The notes under the pieces were generated by a model that worked only from the letters and a program-made list of their open reading frames with translations, was not told the origin of the DNA and made no database searches. A DNA stretch of 64,000 nucleotides from Chiloscyllium plagiosum (Eukaryota), in the NCBI RefSeq assembly GCF_004010195.1, contig NC_057718.1, positions 41,437,803 to 41,501,802 on the forward strand, read 5' to 3'. Positions 13,221 to 25,160 of this stretch are shown here, piece by piece (position 1 is the first letter of the stretch; each line of letters opens with the position of its first letter). The translations under genes were made by a program, and so were the position numbers.

Positions 13221-13607
13221 TCCGTAGGGCACTAAGACATTGCCTACCTATAGGTCCTAGAAGATTACCAAGGTGTTTGTCTTCCTTGTCAATATCACTC
13301 AAAGTGAATAAGAGTAACATCTGCAGAAACAAGTTCCAGCTGCCAACAAGTCCAGCCTAAAAGACGAGATATAGAAGAGTTACACAAGAAGGGAACAATC
13401 AAAAAAGTAACAAATTCTACAGTCAGGATTAGCAGCAGGGTACCAGTGAAAATCATCTGGAAAATGGAGAGTACGCATCAATCCAAAGACTCTCAATAGA
13501 ACTTTGACAACATCTTACTACTCACTTACCTAACCCTTGAAAAAATCTTGTTATAGTTTGCCAGGGCAAGATTCTTGAATACCCTTGTTGCAAAGGATTT
13601 TTTTTTT

Positions 13608-13905
13608 TGATCATGGCATATTGGGTGTCACTGTCGAGGCAAGCATTTATTGCCAATCCCTAATTGTTCAGAGGGTGGTTAAGCGTATTGCTGTGGGTCT
13701 AGTCACATATTGACCACATGTAAGGTAAGGCATATTTCCTTCTGTCAAGGACATTTATGGGTTTTTTTTTTTTTCGACAGCTGATGGCGGTTATATGGTC
13801 ACCACTAGGCTTGCTTTTAATTCCACATTTTTATTGAATTCATATTTCACCACCTGCAATTCCCCAGAACATTAGCCTGGGATTCTGGTTATCACTATAG
13901 GAGCA
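13608..13905 (-). mobile_element. Degenerate copy of the SINE at 51893-52243
   Basis: Shares gcatttattgcc..tccctaatt, attgctgtgggtct and ttattgaattca.attt.acca with the 51.9 kb copy. Inserted inside the Gypsy RT. Confidence 0.65.
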
Positions 13906-15194
13906 CCTCCCATTACATTTATGGCAAGTGAAACTGGATGAGAAGAACAGTTTTCTAACTACGTTCTGGACACCATTTGGATGATAGGGACAGCTGTGTT
14001 TGGTGTTTCCATTGGTCCAGAAGAGTGTCAATGCAGACTGGATGAGATGTTCCGTTATCTTCTCCGGGTCAAAGTTATCCTAAATTTCTCCTCATCTGTG
14101 GATGTGGAGATATGATGGAAGAAGACCACATGGACCATATTCAGTATCCAATTAGTAGTAAAATCAGGATAGTAGACTGTAATTTAAATAATGATTGATT
14201 AGTAAATGTGATGCACAAAGAGACTTGGATGTCCTTCCACACTCGCCACTAACAGCAAGCATGAATGTACAGGAAGACAAGTTGTATGTCGATCTTTACT
14301 GCAAAAGGATTTGGGGAGAAAGGCATTGGTGAGACTACCTGGAGTTTTTGTTACTGACCATCCATATTGTGCAATTAATAATTGAAAGAGATAGTGCATG
14401 TAGCTTTTTTTGTTTCTTCTTATAAAATTGGGACATTCAATGAAATGCATTTGGACACTGTACAATTGTGGTTTGCCATAATCATGTGACATCTAATGTG
14501 CTCACTTTCAGTTTAAGGAAAATCTGTTGAAACAGATTAAATGTAGTAGTGCCTGAGGCCCAGCATTGGATACACACACTTTTCTGAGCCCTCAAATTCA
14601 ATCCTGGCATTGTTACATACAACGTTTTGCTCAAACGTAGTGCAGATTTGATTTTCCTTTCGAATGCTTAGCGCTATTGTAAATTTGCTACACCTACACA
14701 TTCATCACTTTTTAAACTGAAGCCGACTGTTAATAAAACCACACGAATTACATTTTATAATACATATATCAATCCATATTATGCTATTGTAGAGTATTTG
14801 ACTGATGATTCAATAATGCAGCTGCGAGACGCCTATTGATTTATATTGTACATGTTCCTACTTTATAATGGAAGAAAGCTACGCAACAAAATATATTATG
14901 CAAGCTTATTAACAAACTACACAGCCACTGAGACAGATATCTTTCTGAAACAATGATCACAATGTTAGTGAATTAATCAGTATTGTAAATTAAAGCTAAA
15001 GATTACTAAATGCAATAAAAATATCAAAAGACAGAACAAAATTGATAACAACTGGAACTTACGCATTTACAAGTGATAGAAAAGGCACACAAAGTATTCT
15101 GAGTGGGATATTTAATATTCACCATGATTAATACTGATTATGTTGACTGAGTATTGCCATTTATATGATCAGAAGGGAATATTCTTCAGCAAAT

Positions 15195-16040
15195 GACTCT
15201 CCTCCTGATACCCTAAATTCTTGCCTCATTCTACAAGCCTAAGTGAGAAACTAGATTTTTTAGATTACATTACAGTGTGGAAACAGGCCCTTCGGCCCAA
15301 CAAGTCCACACCGATCCGCCAAAGCATAACCCACCTATACCCCTACCCCTACATTTACCCCTTACCTAACACTACGGGCAATTTAGCATGGCCAATTCAC
15401 CTGACCTGCACATCTTTGGACTTTGGAGGAAACCGGAGCACCCGGAGGAAATCCATGCAGACACGGGGAGAACATGCAAACTCCACACAGTCAGTCGCCT
15501 GAGGTGGGAATTGAACCCGGGCCTCTGGCGCTGTGAGGCAGCAGTGCTAACCACTGTGCCACCGTGCTACCCACACGAAGTGTGATGAAATGCTCCACAC
15601 TTGACTAGATAACAGTAGCTTCAACAATATTTGAGAAGTTTACACCATCTAGAACAAAGCTGCCCATTTAATTGTCATTTTACCTCCAATTTAAACTTTC
15701 AGTCACTCCACTACTGATACAACATTGCTGCATTGGCAAGGTGTCACCTCTGGAATCCCTCAACTCTGAGAACTAGGAGAAGAGCAACAGGCACATTGAA
15801 ATACCACCACCTCCAAGTTCCACTCCAAGTAAAACACCATCCTGACATGGAAATATATCACCATTCCTTCGACATTGTTGGGTTTAAATTCTGGAATTCT
15901 TTCCAAACAACTCTGTGGCATTACCTTCATTATAGAGATTATACTGATACAAGAAGGTGGCTCATCACAAATTTGTCAAGGACAGTTAGAGATGGATTAT
16001 AAATCTTTGCCTGACAGAGATACCCACATCTGATAAATAA
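15195..16040 (+). mobile_element. Second LINE family 3' fragment, interrupted by an HE1 SINE
   Basis: ctcctcctgatacc...tacaagcctaagtgaga lies before the SINE and gtgtgatgaaatgctccacacttgac (VMEYSPLAW-like) after it. The 3' tail is at about 15955-16035. Confidence 0.65.
15252..15572 (-). mobile_element. HE1-type V-SINE (tRNA-derived), young copy
   Basis: Minus strand has A box tggcacagtgg, B box ggttcaattcc, V-domain gtggagtttgcatgttctccccgtgtctgc and CR1-like tail gggccgaagggcctgtttcc. Confidence 0.92.
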
Positions 16041-16136
16041 TGATTGAAAATGAATTTTGAGAGTTGCTTTCAAACCATCCCAACTGTAATTGAAGTCATA
16101 GAAAATGAAAAAAAAAGAGTACCAAAGAAATCAGTT

Positions 16137-16226
16137 GGCAAACGGGACTAGTTCAGGTTGGGATGTCTGGTCGATGAGGACAAGTTGGACCAAAGAGTCT
16201 GTTTCCATGCTATATGACTCTATGAA
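16137..16226 (+). mobile_element. CR1 3' tail fragment
   Basis: ggcaaacgggactagttcagg...gtttccatgctatatgactctatga matches the other CR1 tails in the window. Confidence 0.7.
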
Positions 16227-16229
16227 TTG

Positions 16230-17260
16230 CACAAGTACGGGTCTACCTATGACTCCACTTACAAGGAACTATGCACCTACACCTCTAGGTCTGTTTGTTC
16301 GGAACACTCCCCAGAGCCCTACCACTAACTGTGTAAGTTCTGCCCAGGTTTGCCTTACTAAAATGGAACACCTCACATTTATCTAAGTTAAACTCCATTT
16401 GCCACTCCTCAGCCTTTTGGCCCATCTGGTCAAAGCCCCACTGGGGCTTCTTCAATGTCCACTAACCATCTATTTGGTGTCATCTGCAAACTTGCTGACC
16501 ATGCTTTCTTTAATCGCATTAAAATCATTTATTTAAATAATGAAAAGCAGTGGACCCAGCACCAATCCTTGTGGCACACTGCTGGTTACAAGCCCCCAGT
16601 CTGAAATGCAATCATCTACCACCACCCTCTGTCTCCTAACATGAAGCTAAATTTGTCTGCAATTGATGAGCTCCCATTGGATCTCATGTGATCTAACATT
16701 ACTAATCAGTTTGCCATGGGGAACTTTGTCAAGCACTTTGCTGAAGTCCATGTAAACAATGTCTACCACTGTCAATCTTCTTTGTCACCTGTTCTAAAAA
16801 AACTCAATCAAGTAAGTGAGACAATACAGCCATGTTGACTATCCCTGTTCAGTCCTTGCCTTTCCAAATGCATACAAATCCTGTCCCTCAGAATCCCCTC
16901 CAAAAACTGACATAAGGCTCAACAGATTATAGTACCCCAGCTTCTACTTCTAGCCTTTCTTAAGTAATGACAACACATTACCCAACCTCCAACCTTCCAG
17001 TACCTCACCTGTGGCTGTTGATGAAGCAAATACCTCAGCAAAGGGGCCCAGCAATCTCTTCCCTAATTTCCAACAAAGTTCTAGGAAACACCTGATGAGG
17101 TCCCATAGATTTATCTACCTTTACATGTTTTAGGACCTCCAGCACCTCCTCTTCTATAATATTAACTGTTTACAAGACATCCATATTTATTCCCCAAGTA
17201 CTCCAACTTCCATATCACTCTCACAGTAAATACTGATGCAAAATATTCATTTAGTATCTC
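16230..17260 (-). mobile_element. CR1 LINE ORF2 internal fragment
   Basis: Reverse-strand motifs QMEFN, SKFADDT, QGLVLGPLLF and MDFSK.LDKVPHG. Confidence 0.85.
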
Positions 17261-17560
17261 ACCTATCAATTGAAATTACTTCTGCAAAGTTATTTGCTGT
17301 ACTGTACATGGCTATTTTAGTGCTTGTAAATGATTTAGAGAAGGCACTGGGAGATACTAGCTGCTTAGGAACATTGGAACATATTTTTTGGAGGTGGGAG
17401 AATACACGGATATGATAAGAATAGGAGCATATGTTAATATGTTGGTTGTATAGAACTATACTTTGTGTTAGTAACTTTGCTTCTGTGCATCCTTGTAAGA
17501 AAGAATAGGGAAAGGAGTGATCAACTGAAGAAAAATTATATTTGTAGGAATCACCATCTT

Positions 17561-18365
17561 GGAGAAAGTGAGGACTGCAGATGCTGGAGATCAGAGTCAG
17601 GAGTGTAGTGCTGGAAAAGCACAACAGGTCAGACAGCATCCGAGGAGCAGGAGAATCGACGTTTCAGGCATAAGCCCTTCATCAGGAATAAGGCTTGTGG
17701 GTCAGGGCTGAGAGATAATTAGGAGGGGGTAGGGTTTAGGGGAAGGTAGCTGAGAAAGCGATAGGTGGATGAAGGTGAAGAAGAAGGTGATAGGTCAGGG
17801 GGGAGTGATGGACAGGTCAGGAGTACAGTGCTGAGTTGGAAGCTTGGGACTGGGATAAGGTGGGGGGAGGGGAAATGAGGAAGCTGTTGAAATCCACAAT
17901 TATCCCACATAGTTGCATGGTCCCAAGGTGGAATATCTGGCGTTCCTCCTCCAGGTGTTGGATGGTAACAGTTTGGTGGTGGAGGAGGCCCAGGACATGC
18001 ATGTACTTGATGGAGTGGGAGGGGGAGTTGAAGTGTTCAGCCACGGGGCGGTGGGGTTGGTGGGTTCGGGTGTCCCAGAGGTGTTCTCTGAAACGATCTG
18101 CAGGAAGGCGTCTTGTCTCCCTGATGTCGAGGAGACCACACCAGGTGCAATGGATGCAGTAGATGCCGTTGGTAGAGGTACAGGAAAATTTCTGATGGAT
18201 GTGGAAGGATCCCCTGGGGCCTTGGACGGAGGTGAGGGGAGTGGTGTGGTTGCGGGTTTTGCACTTCCTGTGGTGGCAGGGAAAGGTGCTAGGAGTGGGG
18301 TGTGGGCTGGTGGGAGGCACGGACCTAACAAGGGAAAAGTCTACTGCACCTGGCATTCTGCACCT
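17561..18365 (-). mobile_element. Penelope-like element: GIY-YIG endonuclease remnant plus 3' terminus, 14 bp TSD
   Basis: ORF 17817-18356 has FPC...KCKT...FSCTSTNGIYCIHC..CGLL.I.ET.R...DRFREH...PVAEHFNSPSH. TSD is ggaatcaccatctt (17547-17560) / ggaaccaccatctt (18366-18379). Confidence 0.9.
17655..17690 (-). ncRNA. Minimal hammerhead ribozyme motif (PLE terminus)
   Basis: Minus strand reads UUC-CUGAUGA-AGGGC-UUAU-GCCU-GAAAC-GUC^GA. Stem I is weak. Confidence 0.65.
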
Positions 18366-19411
18366 GGAACCACCATCTTAAATTGAGAGGTGCCTCCAGT
18401 TCGGCCATCACTCACAAAATGGTTTATAAAGTAACCTCTCAAAACACTCAAGGACAATTCATTTGGGGAGCACACTCCAGTTCTATTGTGCTCCAGCTAT
18501 TACATACAATTACATATTGGCCCTGCAGGCAGAAAGGTAATTTTGAGTTGTTAAGACCACAGAAAAGAATACAGATATCTATGTTCTAACCCATCATGTG
18601 CATGAGTTCATGAGCATGCACTGTGTAAGTGGAGTTTGTAATAAGGGCTGGTTTTATGAAATCCATTCAAAATATCAATATGCCAAGAGTTTCAGTGGTA
18701 AGTTGCAGCTATAATTGAAGTCCTGCTGCAACATGAACACATATGGTAAGCATTCATGTCTCCGTAATGTAGCCAAATTGTTTTCTACAGGGTTACAGTC
18801 AATGTATAACAAGCTCCATGGAAACAGCTTATGACATAACTACATTGTTCATCTACTTGATGTAAAGCAATGCTGGTAATTTTACCTTGGCTCATTTATT
18901 TATCAATTTCAGAGTGACCTGTCAAACATTTTGTGCTACTCTCCTGCTGAAATGGTGATCTGGTGTGGTAAACAAGGCAACTTTCCCTTGTTATCCATTT
19001 CTTATGGCATATGCAACTTGTGACTCAACGTTATTGATGCTCCACTATAGGTTTAGAAACTTCAACCAAGTTGTTAAACCTTTAAAAGGATTATTTTGAA
19101 AAACAAATTGACAATCACTCTTTTTAAATGATTACAATAGATCATCCAACACTTGAATCTTCGGCCTTCTGTAATGGATGAATTATATTTCAGGATTTTG
19201 AAAGAATATATAATTAGTGCTAATCCCAAAATATTCAACAGGGCCAGACATGATCTGCTAGAGTAAGCAAAAGATCTGTACCACAAGACAACACTAGAAG
19301 GTACAGTCAGAAAATGAAGTTGTTAGCAAGTATATCAGTTATGCTTGCAACTCAAGTTACTACAGTATCTGCAATTAATCAGTCTAACATAGTTAACAGC
19401 TTACCATTAAA

Positions 19412-19625
19412 GGAGAAAGTGAGGTCTGCAGATGCTGGAGATCAGAGCTGAAAATGTGTTGCTGGAACAACGCAGCAGGTCAGGCAGCATCCAGGGAACA
19501 GGAGAATTGACGTTTCGGGCATAAGCCCTTCTTCCTGAAGAAGGGCTTATGCCCGAAACGTCGATTCTCCTGTTCCCTGGATGCTGCCTGACCTGCTGCG
19601 CTGTTCCATCAACACATTTTCAGCT
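19412..19625. mobile_element. Palindromic PLE-terminus dimer (89 bp arms) containing a hammerhead motif
   Basis: 19446-19534 is the reverse complement of 19537-19625 (about 3 mismatches, 2 nt loop). Flanked by cagcttaccattaaa and cagcttatcattaaa. Plus strand has CUGAAGA-AGGGC-UUAU-GCCC-GAAAC-GUC at 19535-19562. Confidence 0.9.
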
Positions 19626-20685
19626 TATCATTAAATACCATCAGTAAATCTCAGGTATCCTGTCTGAGATATGAAATAATGTGACAAAAATGGACTATTT
19701 CAGAAACTGATGTTTTAAAAAAATGAATATCCTGAGAAGCAGCAATACAAAACATGAGGGAAGAGCTAAGGATTGAGACAATTTGGATAACACTTTCAAA
19801 AATCCAGCTCGGTCACAATTGACTGAATTATCTTTTTCCTTTGTATGTAATTTAATGGTCAATGAACATATAACATATAAGGTACATCCTGACCTATTGT
19901 GTACAGGGTAAAATCAAACAGAAATCACTTCCTTTAAAATTGATCATTATCCTTGATTTCTTTCTTTTCCAAAGTAATGTAGAGACATCAAATATAATTA
20001 ACCAGTTCTCCATTTCCCAGGTATAACCTTATCAAATGAATGCGGTGACTCTGAATCAATGAGCAGACTCCATCTGTTGGAATAATGTGCAATGGCATGT
20101 TACTTTCAAAATATACCTTTATCAGTCCTCATTTTGCTGTTAAACAAATCCAGAAGTGGATTAATAAAGTATCTGTGACTTTGGTACTCATGTTGAATAG
20201 GAATTGGCACAAGTAATTATCAATAGATATCCCCCTCCTGGGGTAATCAAATACCATGCAACGGTGCACACGTTGTAGTATTCACAAAGGACCGGTACCT
20301 TTGTTTTCTCTTTCTCTAAGGAGAGCGACAAATCATCAATATTCCTGACAGCTTCCTGTAGTGGTTCGCTTATAGCCAATTCCAGATGAAGTTTATGTTC
20401 ATTATATCATGAAAATATTATCCAGTGAATTCAACTTCAGGGCTTTGTTTGAACTTCACCAGATTCTTCATTTTCTGCCTAGTTAACAGCGCTGTATTGC
20501 TCCAATGCCTCACTCCAATATCATCAATAGAGAGAAAATGTATTCCAGTACTTATTTTAGTAAAGAGTAAATGTGAATTACATGAGGTATACTTCTGTGG
20601 AAAACTGTGAAAACACGTAATTAATGCTTGTTTGATTGTTACCATTATGTCAATTAAATGTGCAAATCACTTCACATCCAAAATA

Positions 20686-20822
20686 AAAGCAAAGCTCTTT
20701 GGATGCTAGAGATCTGAAATAAAAGCTCCAAAGAAGAGTCATTTTGAATTCAATACAGTAGTTTTGATGAATTTTCCACAAATGCTGCCAGACCTGTTTC
20801 TCTCACACTTTCTGTTGTTACT
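20686..20822. mobile_element. Old short PLE-terminus-derived element
   Basis: gatgctagagatctgaaat...aagaagagtcattttgaattc...ccacaaatgctgccagacctg resembles the 41850 and 31714 copies. Confidence 0.5.
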
Positions 20823-22443
20823 TCATATCCACCTTAGGCTTATTAGCTTTGCTTGTATGAGATACATTTTATTTTTGCTGAGCAGTTGAGTTTTCCAAAA
20901 TATGTGCAAAGGAATTATAAAGTAATATGCAAAGGGACTAATGACTCCATTGTGCTTGTGTGTGTTAGAGATTTGTTGAAAACATTTCAGGATTTGTAGT
21001 TTTCAGGCTTGACCCAGAAATATTTCAGTTTCCACCTCTGTGAAAAAATATTTCAAATCTGGATTGAAAGATGAATGAGATATAAACTGATTATAAGTAT
21101 TGTTTTGCATTGCGATTCATTCATGTGCTCTGATTTATTATTGGAGTTAAATTTTGATGATTGAAACTCCCAATAGAAGTTTTAAAAAAAATCTATCAAA
21201 GCACTCCATAAGAATAAAGCTCATTTCTGATGCTTTTAAATGCCTTGTTCCTCTATAACCTTCCCATTAGGATTCAATTAAAAAATCTATAGCGTGCAGT
21301 GCCTTAAAGAAATCAACCCATAAATTGAACCACACAATGTCAGACCAGAATTCACTCCTTTCTGTCTCAAAATCTGACCTCACTCTCTCCACTTGGTTCA
21401 GGGTTGCTGCAAGTATCACAGCAGACCCGTTTTTAATGATACCTTACTGGACAAACTGCCTTGTGCTCCCTGAACAACAATGAAACACAATACTTATGAT
21501 CAGTTTGAATCTCATTCACCTTTCAGTCCAGATTTGAAATATTCTGCCTTCCACAGAGGTGGAAATTGAGATATTTCTGAGTTAAGCCTGCTGCTTACCC
21601 ATTTCATGGAGATGAGATTTAAGATCCTTACTTCTCACTGTTCACTAAATATGTGTTCTCATGGACTCAAAAAGGGATGTGGTGAACACACTGGAGCAAG
21701 GTTTCAAGTGTATTAATATCCTAAAGGAACAACAAATAACTTAATAACTTAAGTAACTTAAATAAACATAATATTGTATTATTACCATTTCAGTAAAGCC
21801 CAGTAATATTTTTCTAAAACCTAAAAACCTAGATATGTGCTAAAGGGATGAAGTCACAAGATTCACAATTTATGTCAACAGAATTATACAGCACAAAAAT
21901 CATAAATACTAAAAAGTATATTTTTAAATATTCAACTACAATAAAGACATTAAAAGTATAATGAATGTAGATACTTGGACTTTAAACCAAACTTCTTACT
22001 TCAATTTTCATCTACACCCATTGACCTATATCCCTAGTAATTCAAATCAGGTAATGATAAGAAATTGGAGGACTAACTATTTGGTCTGAGTACTGTTTCG
22101 AAGAATAATATAAGCTTTGAGCTTTCTCAGGGATTGTGCTTCGGTTCAAGGTTTTCCCTTGAAATCTCCAACTGGTCCCATAGCTTTTCAGTCAACACAG
22201 GCTTTGCTACCTTCTTAAGCCTAACCAACTCAAGTCAGAACTCTCCTGGTTGTAGTAGTCTTTCATGTTGATTTATATCCAAGAAGTCTCTCTCTCTCTC
22301 TCTCTCTACTCTGCAAAATTGCATAGGTCATTGCATATTTTTAAAGGGTCTTATGATAAGTGGCTGCTAAACAAAGAAAAGGAAATTAGCTTGAACAAAC
22401 GTCATTATTAATAGAATGTTTTTATGAATTACATTCCAGTGTT

Positions 22444-22565
22444 TCAAAGAAGTCGTATTGGGCCCAAAGCATTCCTTCTGTTTGTCTCCACAGATGCTGC
22501 CAGAACCACTGAGATTGACCAGAATTTTTTGTTTTCATTTCAGATCTGTGCAGTACTTTGCTTTC
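22444..22565 (+). mobile_element. Old short PLE-terminus-derived element
   Basis: aaagaagtcgtattgggcccaaagc...tctccacagatgctgccaga...gag matches the family at 41850. Confidence 0.6.
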
Positions 22566-22589
22566 AGTGAAATTATTGTGTAGCAATAA

Positions 22590-22770
22590 GCATCAGTGAA
22601 TTGGAGATTGTTGCAATAACAACTTTTAAAAGGTATCTGGATAGGTATATGAATAGGAAAGGTTTAGAGAGATATGGGTCAAATGATGGCAAATGGGACT
22701 AGATTAATTTAGAGCATCTAGTCAGCATGGATGAGTTGGACTGAAGGGTCTGCTTCTGTGCTCTATGATA
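22590..22770 (+). mobile_element. CR1 3' end
   Basis: tttaaaaggtatctggataggtatatgaatagg...gactgaagggtctgcttctgtgct. Confidence 0.8.
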
Positions 22771-23439
22771 ACAGTTCTTCACAATATTCACTGGTAGTGA
22801 TTGCTAACTTTATTCCCCATATTAGGGAACTGTTTATCATTAGCTGACACATAAAATTTATTATCCATGTTCATTTCAATACTTCCCTCCATATTTTCAT
22901 CAGAGACACCAAATAATGTGCAAAATACACTGATCGCTCAGGTGGGTAACATACCTCAAGATTTGTATTTTGCAAATGCAATTTTAAAAATAGCAAATTG
23001 AAGCTAAAGTGTGAAATAACACAAGACATAAATGTCTCATAATGTTTGCAAACATTTTAATGTTCTTGGCTTGGTAGAACAGTTAAGCAAACGGGACCTT
23101 TCTTTCCCTTGAGCTTCTGCCATTTAAAGCCTTCGTTCACTCCATTTTCATACCAACAGCCTGATTTTGAGCAAATAATTTATCCTGTGGCATTTGTAAC
23201 AGTGAAGTCATTTGATGTGCAGGATTCCCAAAAACAAATTAGAATTGATGCTAACAAAACGTCCAAAGAAAATGTTCTTTTTTTTATTGTTACCAAAGAG
23301 CACTCCCTGCTCAAAGGGGACAATGTTGATGGGAGAATGTTTAGCAAACTCTTTCACATTTGAACAAACACACCACATAATGATGTAAATTGTGTAGAAA
23401 CAAATACAGTGAAAATGGCAGGGGATTCTTCTGTTCATC

Positions 23440-25160
23440 TAGAGATGTACAGCATGGAAACAGACCCTTTAGTCCAACTCGTCCATGCCGACCAGATATC
23501 CTAACCTAATCTAGTCCCATTTGCCAGCACTTGGCCCATATCCCTCCAAACCCTTCCTATTTATATACCCATCCAGATGCCTTTTAAATGCTGTAATTGT
23601 ACTAACCTCTACCACTTCCTCTGGCAGCTCATTCCATACACACACCACCCTCTGCATAAAAATGTTGCTCATTACGTCCTTTTTATATCTTTCCTCGCTC
23701 ACCCTAAACCAGTGCCCTCTTTCCCCCACCCCAGGGAAAAGACCTTGTTTATTTATCCTATCAAAACCCCTCATGGTTTATAAACCTCTATAAGGTCACC
23801 CCTCAGCCTCCGATGCCCCATGGAAAACAGCCCCAACCTATTCAGCCTCTCCCTATAGCTCAAATCCTCCAACCCTGGCAACATTCCAGTAAATCTTTTC
23901 TGAACCCTTTCAAGTTTCACAACATCTTTCCTATAGCAGGGAGACTAGAATTGCACACAATATTCCAAAAGTGGCCTAACTCATGTGCTGTACAGCCACA
24001 ACATGACCTCCAATTCCTGCACTCAATGCTCTAACCAATAAAGGAAAGCATACCAACCTTCTTCTTCAGTATCCTATCTACCTGCAACTCCTACTTTCAA
24101 GGACCTATGAACCTGCACTCCAAGATCTCTTTATTCAGTAACACTCCCCAGGGTGGTACAGTGGCATGGTGGCGCAGTGGTTAGCACTGCTGCCTCATGG
24201 TGCCAGGAACGCAGGTTGGTTTCCAGCCTTAGGCGACTGTGTGTGTGGAGTTTGCACATTCTCCCTGTGTCTGCATGGGTTTCTTCTGGGTGCTCCAATT
24301 TCCTCCCACAGTCCAAAGGTGTGGAGGTTAGGTGCATTGGCCATGCTAAATTGCCATAGTGTTCAGGAATATGTAGATTAGGTGTATTGGTCAGGGATAA
24401 ATGTCGAGGAATGGTTTGGGTGGTATATTCTTTGAAGGGTCGATGCGGACTTGTTGGGTCAAAGGGCCTGTTTCCACACAGTAGGGATTCTATGATTAAA
24501 TGTATAAGTCTTGCTGTGATTTACTATTCCAAAATGCAGAACCTCACATTTATCCAAATTGAACTCCATCTGTCACTCCTCAACCCATTGGCCCATTGGA
24601 TCAAGATCTCGTTGTACTCTGAGGTAATTTTCTTTGCTGTCCACTACACCTCCAATTTTGGTGTCATCTGCAAACTTACTAATGGATACCTCCTATGTTC
24701 ACATCCAAATAATGTATATAAATGACAAAAAGTAGTGGAATCAGTACTGATCCTTGTGGCACACCACTGGTCACAGGGCTCCATTCTGAAAAGCAACTGT
24801 TCACCACCACCCTCTGTCTTTTACCTATGAGCCAGTTCTGTATCCAAATGGCTAATTCTTGTTAAACGCCTTATTGAAGTCCATATTTATCACAACTACC
24901 ATTCTACCCACATCAATCCTCTTTGTTACTTCTTCAAAAGACTAAATCAAGTTTGTGAGGCATGCTTTCCCATGCAAAAGCCATGTTGACTATCCCTAAT
25001 CAGCTCTTGCCTTTCCAAATACATGTAAATCCTGTCCCTCAGGATTCCCTCCAACAACTTGCCCACCACTGATGTCAGGCTCACCGGTCTATAGTTCCCT
25101 GGCTTTTCTTTACCACCTTTCTTAAATAGTGGCACCACATTAGCCAACCTCCAGTCTTCT
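23440..25160 (-). mobile_element. CR1 (HER1-like) LINE, young, internally deleted, with an HE1 inserted
   Basis: ORFs 23511-23774 (RVVCVWNELPEEVVE) and 24947-25147 (ANVVPLFKKGGKEKPGNYRPVSLTSVVGKLLEGILRD...QHGF). Confidence 0.92.
24151..24497 (+). mobile_element. HE1-type V-SINE
   Basis: tggcgcagtggttagcactgctgcctca, the V-domain, and tail aagggcctgtttccacacagtagggattctatga. Confidence 0.9.

Larger units (their letters stand above)
10294..14543 (+). mobile_element. Degenerate Gypsy (Mag-like) LTR retrotransposon with both LTRs, PBS, gag and RT remnants; interrupted by younger inserts
   Basis: Direct repeat acaattgt.g.ttgccataatcatgtga...tttaag at about 10373-10446 and 14462-14535. The 5' LTR ends in CA (10453-54), followed at once by TGGTGTCAGGAG (tRNA-Leu-type PBS). 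Gag-like IYEAATELNEEPEQIRVAILLSV starts at 10649. RT WQVKLDEKNSFLTTFWTPFG lies at 13922-13981. Outer boundaries are approximate. Confidence 0.8.

Noticed and set aside
17817..18386. Five overlapping ORFs as host genes
   Set aside because: All lie within a GC-richer PLE fragment. Only the GIY-YIG frame is meaningful, and it is truncated with a mutated YIG motif (LDIRET).
22286..22308. (TC)n microsatellite and the nearby taactta triplication at about 21737
   Set aside because: Ordinary short simple repeats.
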